NCBI RefSeq assembly: GCF_009914755.1
Contig: NC_060929.1
Direction: 5' to 3' (one strand)
Length of the DNA stretch: 64,000 bases
Origin: the human T2T-CHM13v2.0 reference genome, Homo sapiens
Below, one piece after another: positions 54,303 to 64,000 of this stretch. A program made the translations under genes and the position numbers. The number at the start of each line of letters is the position of its first letter. Within the stretch, counting starts at the first letter, position 1. Below the pieces are notes generated by a model that saw only the letters and a list, made by a program, of their open reading frames with translations, was not told the DNA's origin and did no database searches.

Positions 54303-55017
54303 TATATATACATTTTATTAAATGAATTCATGCATATAACAGGGTAAATGATTCTATGCATTTGTTATTGCTAAAGCTACAGTAAAAGCAATAATTTCTG
54401 GTTTAAATGAAGGCTAGCTATGCTATTTGAAAAACCTTCGTGATGAAATGTGAATTTCCTCATGTTATTTTTATGCTTCAAACCCTCAGTGCCTTTCCCT
54501 TGCACTTGAGGTAAAATGCCAGCTGCTTGTATTTAAAAAAAAATTAAAAAAATGCTAAAAAAATATTTTCTGTAGAGACAAGGTCTCGCTGTGTTGCTCA
54601 GGCTGGTCTTGAACTCCTGGCCTCAAGCAATCCGCCCACCTTGGCCTCCCAAGGTGCTAGGATTTCAGCATGAGGCACTGCTCCTGGCTGCAAAATGCCA
54701 GCTTCTTACTGTGGCTTCCAAAGCTTTCAGGACAGGCCTCTGCTCACGTTCCCAGCACATCTCAGGCCATTTTATTCGCTCTGCTCTTGCCACACTGGCC
54801 TTTTTTTCAGTTTTTGTAAACTCAGCTGGTTTCGGGGCCTTTGCACAGACTGTGCCCTCGGTCAGCAACGCTTTCTCCCTATGCCCAGTTCTCCCCTTCT
54901 CTGCATGTTGTGATCTTCCTCATTCTTCAAGTTGTGTCTTAAGTCTTACCTTCTCAGAGGCCTTTTCTGACCCCTCCACCTAAAGTAAGCTACCCCATTA
55001 TTTATTATCTCCTACAA

Positions 55018-55437
55018 TGTAGTGAGTTGAATGGTGCTGCCAAAAGATATCTCTACTTGCTGGAACCTATGAATGTGACCTTATTGGAGAGAAAGGGTCT
55101 TTGTAGATTCAATTCAATTAAGGATCTTGAGATAAGATCATCCTGGATTATTTGAGTGGGCTTTAAATGCAATGACACATGTTCTTACAAGAGACAAACA
55201 GAAGAGAAACACCTGGGGAGAGGAGAAGGCTGTGTGGCATTGGAGGCAGAGGATAGAGTGGTGCAGCCATAAGCCTGGGAGTGCCTGCAGCCACCTGGAG
55301 CTTTGGAGGGAGCATGGCGCTACTGACACCTATATTTTAGATTTCTGGCCTCTGGAACAGTGAGAGGATACATTTCTGTTGTGTTAAGCCACCCAATTTG
55401 TGGTAATGTGTGAGAACAGCAACAGCAAATTAACACA
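55018..55437 (+). mobile_element. MLT1 (B/C-like) solo LTR
   Basis: TGTAGTGAGTTGAATGGTG...GAATGTGACCTTATTGG...TTAAGCCACCCAATTTGTGGTAAT...TAACACA. Confidence 0.85.
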
Positions 55438-55544
55438 CACAGCACTTTGTTTTTTCCCTCCATGTCACTTATGACAACTTACTTTCATGTCACAGACTTG
55501 GTGACTTGTTTACTGTCTGCTCCCAGCTCCCTTTTAAAAATTAT

Positions 55545-55823
55545 TTTTATTTTTTTGAGACAGGGTCTCACTCTGTTGCCCAGCCTAGGGTGCAGTGGCA
55601 TGATCAGGGCTTACTGCAGCCTTGACCTCCCAGACTCAAGTGATCCTTCCACCTCAGCCTCCTGAGTAGCTGGGGCTACAGGCATATGCCACCTCGCCCA
55701 GCTAATTTTTGTATTTTTTGTAGAGATGGGGTCTCACTATGTTGTCCAGGCTGGTCACTTACCTGGCCTCAAGTGATCCTCCTGCTTCAGCCTCCCAAAG
55801 TGCTGGGATTACAAGTGTGAGCC
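55545..55823 (-). mobile_element. Alu (AluJ-like); an Alu monomer also lies at ~54560-54690
   Basis: Antisense Alu consensus features. Confidence 0.9.
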
Positions 55824-56960
55824 CTTCTTTAACATGCAACACACTGTCAATTCTGGGCTTTTCCATTCCCTATTGCATCTGTGGTGCCTAGCACAGTATC
55901 TGACACAGAGCAGATGCTGAAGAAATGTTTGTTGAATGAATGTCTCCTTGTTTTGAAGCATTTAAGAAAGCATCATTTTCTGGGGAGGCTTAGGTACACT
56001 ACTTGGCTCCTTGTGGGTGGAAAGCATGCTTTCCAAGTGCTTGACATCCCCTGAAGGCTGCTACTCTTTGTCAGGGGTATAATCATTTCCTCTGAAATTG
56101 AGCGCACACTTTTAATTTTCTTTGCTAATTCTTTCTTTATGGAAAGGGAGACATTCAACTTCCTCAAGGTCCTTGTCCAAATGGCCTCGGACTCCGATGC
56201 CAGTTAAGGGCAGCTCGGCTTGGAGCCTGGAGATAAAGTGCAGGAGGCCCAGGCACATAAAGTTTCAGCAGGATTTGATGCCAAATAAAGGACATTCTCT
56301 GCAGAGAAGGGTAATTGCTCAAGGCTTTGTCTAATGTTAAGGCAGAGGGGATGGACCATTTCGACTGGCTTAGCATTCATGATAATATATGGTTCAGGAC
56401 TCAATAAAAGGGTATAATTCTATGGAGGGATTCCACTGATCTCATAAACCACGGGAGTGTAGCTTGTCAGCAGAATACAGAGATTGGGTTACCACTGAGC
56501 TTGTCAACAGGGACCACTGCTGATCACTTCAGAGAAAGAATTAGTACAGGGCTCCTCTACACTGCATGCTTAGAAAATCAGTGCCTAAATAACTTCATGA
56601 AATTTATTAGAAAGACAGTATGTATGTTTGGTACTGTAGTACCAACGTATACCAAGGGTCATAGTGGAACAGTTTCATTACATGGCATTTGTTAATGAAG
56701 TTTATGTACAAAAATCTGCCGCTAGAGATGCCATAAATAAGCAAGTGGATGTTTCCCAGAACTCTGAGTGAAACAGCCTTTTCTTTTACCCAGGAATAAT
56801 GGCAGTAAATGTGAAAAGTGGCATGGTGTAAGACAATAGGGAATAGTGGAGACTGTGGTCAATCAGACAGTGCATATCTTGCTTAAACTCTGGGTTGGCC
56901 AAATAAAACATGTCTGCAGCAAGTGTGAGATATTGACTTACTTGCTTATCTTTCCACTGG

Positions 56961-57183
56961 ACGAGGGATTCACAAACTACAGCCCTTGGGTGAAAATCTG
57001 TCCTGCCACCTATTTTTAGAAAGTTTTATTGGAGCATGGCTATGCCTGTTTGTTTGCGTATCGTCTACGACTGCTTTTGAGCTATGGCAGCAGAGTTGAG
57101 TAGCTGTGCAAGAGAACAAATGACCCTCAAAGCCTAAAATATTTGTCATGTGCCCTTGTACGCAAAAAGTTTGCTGACTCTTG
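56961..57183. mobile_element. MER58A-like hAT MITE
   Basis: CAAACTACAGCCC...GCAGAGTTGAGTAG...AAAGTTTGCTGACTCTTG; approximate 8-bp TSD CACTGGAC/TACTGGTC. Confidence 0.8.
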
Positions 57184-58109
57184 TACTGGTCTATGAAGTT
57201 CAGAAGGCTGCTTGGCACATATCCTAAACTCAGTAATTATTTGTTTATGTTCAAGAGGGGATTTTATATTATCCACAATAGGAACTGTGGGTTGCTTACC
57301 CAACAGCCATTCCTCCCTCTTCCTTGCTAACAGGGTCAGCCATGAGTTTCAGGGCTGTGGGAAGATGGGCTTCTCCCCAGTCCCAGAGGGTGAATCTTGA
57401 TTAGTTTAAGCCAATGGTAGTTATCCCACTCCTACTCATTCTGAGGTTTAGGCACAGTCTTGTGATGGAATTGTGGCCATAGAGATGTGAAGGGAAACCT
57501 ATGGGGGGTTTCTGAGAAGGAAAGCCTATGAGTCAGTTTCACACTTTCCAAAGGGATCTGAGGGGTACTGCCTTTCCTTCTTTTGCCTCTGGACACTGTT
57601 GAGCAGGGATGTGAGGGTTGCAGCAGCGACAGCATCTTGGGACAAGCCCAAGGCCAAAAGCCAAAGAGCTGAGGATGGCGGAGTACCAAGATAGAGCCTG
57701 GGTCTTCAATGACATAATAAAATTCAAGTTAACCCATTCAGCATCTATCCTACTTTGTTTTTTTTTGGTTGGGTAAGTGTCCTTATTGCTTATTCACTTT
57801 TAATTGGGCTGATAAGAAGATTGAACCCTAAAAAATTAAAAATGTTGTTGGATATTTTTGCTCTCTTTCCTTTGGGGTTTCTGACTTTCATCCTTGTTTA
57901 CTAGGAAGGCCTCCCAAAAATGTTATGAAAATGTTTTGTATTTTCGTTTTATATTGTTTTATTTGTCCTTGTAGAACTTCACTCTATCAGGAATTAATGG
58001 TTTTATATGGTGTGAGGTAGGGATCTAACTTTATTTTTCTTCTAGCTGCAGTAGTTTTTTTTTTTTTTTAGTGCATGATGGTGAATGAAATCCGATGCAT
58101 GAATAGAAT

Positions 58110-59605
58110 TTTCTTTATTTTTTCTTCTTTTTTGAGTTTTAGTTTAGATTCAGCAGTAGATGTGCAGGTTTTTTATGAGTAAATTATGTGTCACTGAGAT
58201 TTGGTGTACAAATGATTTCATCACCCAGGTAGTGAGCATAATACTTGATAGGTAGTTTTTCAGTTCTCACCCTCCTTTCACCCTCCAGCCTCAAGTGGGC
58301 TCCGGTGTCTATTGTTCCTCCCTTTTTGTCCATGTGTACTCAGTATTTAGCTCCCACTTATAAGTGAGAATATGTGGTATTTGGTTTGCTGTTCTGCATC
58401 AATTTGCTTAAGATAATGGCTTCCAGCTGCATCCATGTTGCTGCAAAGGACATGATCTCATATATTTATAGCTGCATAGTATTCCATGGTGTATATGTAC
58501 CACATTCTTTTTATCCAGTCCACCATCAATGGGCATTTAGGTTGATTCCATGTCTTTGCTATTGTGAATAGTGCTGTGATAAACATGTAAGTGCACGTGT
58601 CTTTTTGGTAGACTGATTTATATTTTTTTGGGTATATTGCAAGTAATGGGATTGCTGGGTCAAACAGTAGTTCTATTTTAAGTTCTTTGAGAAATTCCCA
58701 AATTGCTTTCCACAGTGACTAAATTGATTTACATTCCCACCAGCAGTGTATAAGTGTTCTCTTTTCTCCACAACTTTGCCAACATCTGTTATTTTCTGAT
58801 TTTTTAATAATAATAATAATTCTGACTGGTATATGATGGTATCTCATTGTGGTTTTGATTTGCATTTCTCTAATGATTAGTGATGTTAAGCACTTTTTCA
58901 CATGCTAACTGGCTGCATGTATATCTTCCTTTGAGAAGTATCTGTTCATGTCCTTTGCCCATATTTTTGTTTCCAACTCTTATTTTGGGTTCAAGGTATA
59001 CATGTGCAGGTTTGTTACATGGATTAATTGAATGTCCTGGGGGTTTGGTGTACTGATAATTTTGTCACCCAGGTAATCAACATAATACCTGATAGGTAGT
59101 TTTTCAGTTTTTATTCTCCTCCCACCCTTTACCCTCAAATAGGTCCCAGTGTCTGTCGTTCCCTTTGTGTCCATGTGTACTCAAGGTTTAGCTCCCACTT
59201 ATAAATAAGAACATGTGGTATTTGGTTTTCTGTTCCTGAGTTAATTTGCTTAGGATTAGGGCCTCCAGCTACATCCATGTTGCTGCAAAGGACATGATCT
59301 CATTTATTTATAGCTGCATAGTATTCCATGGGGTATATGTACCACCTTTTCCTTATCCAGTCCACTGTTGATGGGCGTCTAGGTGGATTCCATGTCTTTG
59401 CTATTGTGGATAGTCTTTGCCGTTTTTTAGTGGGATTCTTTATTTCTTGTCGATTTAAGTTCCTTATAGATTGTAGATGATATGCTTTTGTCAGATGCAT
59501 AGTTTGCAAATATTTCCTCCCATTCTGTTGGTTGTTTTTTTTTACTCTATTGATAGTTGCTTTTGCTGTGCAGACGTTCTTTAGTTTAATTAGATCCCAC
59601 TTTTT
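58110..59605 (-). mobile_element. L1 3' end (L1PB/L1MA-like) containing a second L1 3' end (~58968-59413)
   Basis: ORF2 C-terminal remnants ([16 protein letters not shown]; W.K.WYIY.MEYYAAI); the L1 3' UTR appears twice. Confidence 0.88.
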
Positions 59606-60979
59606 AAAAAGATAATATGTAATTTTCTATACTGGAGATGAATATGACAAGATTGGTTTCTTCTAGATATCTTTGAAAATGGCTAACCTTACTGATAGTT
59701 TTTAAGTGCAATGGTGATGCAACTAGACTGTTTTCTAATTTCCAAAAAGGAACTTAAAGTAACTTGAAAGTCTTTAACAGAGGCATCAATTTTAAGACAA
59801 ACAATATAATGTGAGGAAAATACTAACCCTGCTAAGTATATCTGATCTGGTCCATCCCAAGAAAGATTGAGTTAATTCCTGGTGCTGATTAGGAATGCTA
59901 ACAGAAAAAAAGTCAGAGTAAAAATGTATCAGCATCTTTCACTGTGTTGATTTTAAAAATCAAACATAATTAGTACAGGGAACACTTAAATCTTCTTAAA
60001 ATTGGGGCTAATATTTCTTATCAAATCTAAAACAAACATGCAAACAAACAAACAAAAAACCCTTGACTGGTACTTGGTAAATTAAAAGCTACCTTCAATA
60101 CATTGAAATGCTAACTTGGAGAAGATATTTGCAATACATACAACAAAGGGTTGGTGTCATTAATATGAAAAGAGCACCTACAAATCAATAAGAAAAGAAA
60201 GTAGAAAAATGGGCAAAAGACATGAACAGATATTTCTGAGAAGAGGAAGTGCAAGAAGCCAATCAACTTATGAATTCTTGCTCAGTATCATTAGGGTCAG
60301 GGAAGTTCAGATCAAGACCTCAATGAGGTTGCCCTCCACATCCATTTAGTTGGGAAACATGTACCTTATACATAACCAAATTTACATTATAATTCTAACT
60401 GTGCACTAACTCGTGGTACATACAAAGTAAGAATTAAATGTTTATTGTTTTGTGTTATATGTGTGTGATATTTCTAAAACATAAATTAAAAAAAATCATA
60501 AGGTAGCACTACCTGATATCAAGAGTCTTACCATAAAAAAGACCGATGTTGACAAAAATATTTGAGGACATCAAACTCTGATGTTCAAATAATAATTTTT
60601 TTAATCAAGTAAATATTTTTTGAAACTTTCATTTAAAAACGTATTCCTACAGACATTTCCTTTTTCCGTTTTAATTGTTAGCTAATTGACTTTGGCCAGA
60701 TGCTCATTTGCTAAAGGGCCTGCATTTGATTTGAGCAGCTCTTCACCATTACTCTCCCAAATTCATGACTTCTTGCATCTTTGGGAATATTGTCAGTGTC
60801 ACTTTGCATTAAAATGATATTGCATTGTAGGCATTTCATCTTCCTGTTGAGCTTGGCAAAGAATGTGATTTAGAATTGCTGAGATTAGAGGGATGGGAGG
60901 AGGTTGGCAGCTGGAGAAGCCCAAAGTTGCTTTTGTTTGTGTCTGTCTCAGTCTCTCTCTCTCTCTCTCCTATTCTTTT

Positions 60980-61577
<598 letters not shown>

Positions 61578-61823
61578 AGTTTTGTCTCTCTATCAAGCAT
61601 TTCCCCCTTTTTGGTAGTAGCACCCTGATTTTCTTGGGGTGACCTACTCTCAACTCTCAGTCCATGAGGTTTGACTGAGGTCACTCCTATCTCCAACTCA
61701 AGGGATGGGCATGTGTCCCAGGCACTTCATCTCCTTGGCCACAGTGATGAAATAAATCCTTGGCTACAAAGGAGCCCTATTAGTTTTTTTTCTTAATTAC
61801 ATTTTTAACTGGAAATGGGTGAT

Positions 61824-62306
61824 TTTATTAGTTTCCTATGGCCGCTGAAAGAAATTACCTCAATTGATGATTTAAAACAACACAAATTATTCTACATTTC
61901 TGTGGTTAGAAATTCTATGTGAGTCTCACTAGGCTAAAATCAAGGTATTGGCAGGGTTGAGCTCCTTCTTCAGGCCCTCTGGGAGAATGTTTCCTTGCCT
62001 TTTCCAGCTTCTAGAGGCCACCTGCATTCCTTGGCTCACAGCCCCATCCTCCATCTTCAAAGCCAGACTGGGCAGGTCAAGTCCTTCTTACACAGCATCT
62101 CTCTAACCTCCTCTTCTGCCCTGGCTCTTGTGGTTGCAGTGGATCCACCTGGATAACCCAGGATACTCTATTTTAATATCCACTGATTAGTCACCTTAAT
62201 TCCCTTTTGCCATATAAGGTCACAGAATCACAGGTTCTGGGGATTAAGACAGGGATGTTTTTTGTAGGGGTAGGGGAAGGAGGTGGTCATTTCTCTGCTT
62301 ACCACA
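61824..62306 (-). mobile_element. MLT1 (C/D-like) solo LTR; further old MLT1 fragments at ~57284-57780, 61590-61760, 62660-63050 and 63650-63960
   Basis: ATTAGTTTCCTATGGCCGCTG...TTTTCCAGCTTCTAGAGGCCACCTGCATTCCTTGGCTC, shared with the copy at 50558. Confidence 0.8.
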
Positions 62307-64000
62307 GCAATTCATTCAGCTATTCTAACTTGATGTAAATGGTACTTAAAAACCATGCATTTTCCTTTGCTTTAATTTTGTGCTAATTGAGAAATCTTCT
62401 GTATTTACAGATGTAACACTGAAGATGACCTAAGAATTTGTTTATGATGGACATCATTGAATGTTAGGGCTGTTGCCCACACTCCTTCTACTTTGCACTC
62501 CTGTTCAATTTGGGCTTTTGAGTGGATCTATATACCTGTACAGACAACTGATTCTGGTCTTTAGACTTCTCACATCACTTATGATAAATCCATCTAATGG
62601 AATTAAGGCTTTTATTAAACCTCCCATCAGTTTGGTTTGTCTGAATTGATTTCCCCAGTCTGCTAACCCCGTTTTTGGTAACAGCACCCTGATTTTCCTG
62701 GGAAGAACCACATTTCCCCAACTCTCAGTCCACGTGCTGTGACTGAGACCACTCCCATCTCCCACTCTAGTGGTGGGCATATGTCCCAGACCTGGCAAAT
62801 CAGAGCATTTGCATTTCCCTGGTCACAGTGATTGGTTCAGAGATGGGCATGTGACTGAATCCAGGCCAATGAAATTCCATTCTGTGACTTTTGATAGAAT
62901 TGTTGGAAAGCAGGGCTCTTCCTTTTACCAGGGGTTGCTGAGCTGCTGGCCTGTAAGCCTGGACCTCTCTGCTTGTGGTCATCTTGGTTGCCACTTGGGG
63001 AGAGCAGATCTGAGAAGAGAGCCAACGCAGAGATAACAGTGTGCTGTCACAAAGGGAGATGGTTTCTTCTTGACATTTTTTGAGAACTTTTTTGAGAGGT
63101 TTTCATGCTCCACTGCACTTGGGTCCTTCCCCCATAGTCATGTGTTCCATGCCAGCCTGCTTCTGCATTTGTGATCTATCAAGAGGTGATATTATCACAT
63201 GTGTAAGAAACTGCTGCCTATCCTGATGGAAACCTGTCCACATCAGTCAAGCAGGTCTACTGGGAAATATTTGCTCCATCGAAGGGTGGATGAAACTTCA
63301 CTCACCCTCGGCAGGCTTGTTCAATCCCTTCAGAATGAAACTTCAGAGTAGAAGATGACTGGGAGCCAGGGCTAGCATGGAAAGTGTAAGCCTTCAGAGA
63401 GGGTTAGAATAATTACTATGTGGGTCCCACTTAGTAATTGAGATGCAGCTCGGTAAGAAGCCAGGACACATGATTGGGCTTTCTTTCTCTTCTTCTTTTA
63501 CCACATTTTGTGCCATTGAACATGGCCAAAAATAGAATAAGAACGCCAGCATGGTGGTTGTGGATTTGGGGAGGAAAACAGACAATTTAGCAAACACTTA
63601 TCTTGACCTTCCAACATGCAAAGTGCTGAAGGGAAAAGTGGGTAAAACAGGTTAGGCTAGGTTTTGCTGCAGTAACAAATAGTCCTTAAGTCCCAGTGAA
63701 TTTTAACAACAAAGGTTTGTTTCCTACTCAGACTCCATGCCCGTTGGGGGTTGACAATGATACCCAAGGTGACAAAGCAGTCACCAGCTCCAAAGTGGTC
63801 AGTCAGCATCTCAGAGGGCATAAGAACTCTAGGGGCTCCTGTACTGGCAATTAAATGATGCATGTCACTTTCACTCACAGCTCATGGATCAGAACTAGGC
63901 CCGCAACTATAAGGGATCCAGAAAGAACATTCTTTTCATGTGTTGGGAGGTGGAGGCGTTGAAATAATTGGTGAGAAGCACTCATGAGATCCATGAAGTT

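Noticed and set aside
62360-62650. Branch point plus TTTACAG acceptor on the + strand, and a minus-strand LIPLDGFIIS peptide resembling a DDE motif
   Set aside because: There is no supporting donor or exon chain and the peptide similarity is too weak; both occur readily by chance.

Overview
This is human (primate) genomic DNA containing the complete stanniocalcin-2 gene (STC2) on the minus strand. Four coding exons (151+143+212+403 nt = 909 nt, 302 aa) have canonical GT-AG junctions, followed by a ~3.1 kb 3' UTR, and a ~3 kb CpG island covers the promoter and exon 1. The ~42 kb upstream of the gene has no other protein-coding gene that I can support. It is dominated by repeats: Alu, MIR, L1, L2 and MaLR/ERVL LTRs, a near full-length piggyBac fossil (Looper-like), a full-length Tigger1, an internally deleted Tigger2, a U6 retrocopy and a hairpin I recall as MIR8056. 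I found no evidence of a new multi-gene system, and nearly all other ORFs in the track are spurious or transposon debris. The most promising leads are regulatory: three ATF4 CARE sites, a short uORF with a hairpin in the STC2 5' UTR, a CACGTG/ARE cluster ~3.6 kb upstream, and a CpG-retaining nested stem-loop at ~31.45-31.52 kb. Repeat family names and boundaries are from visual recognition and are approximate.
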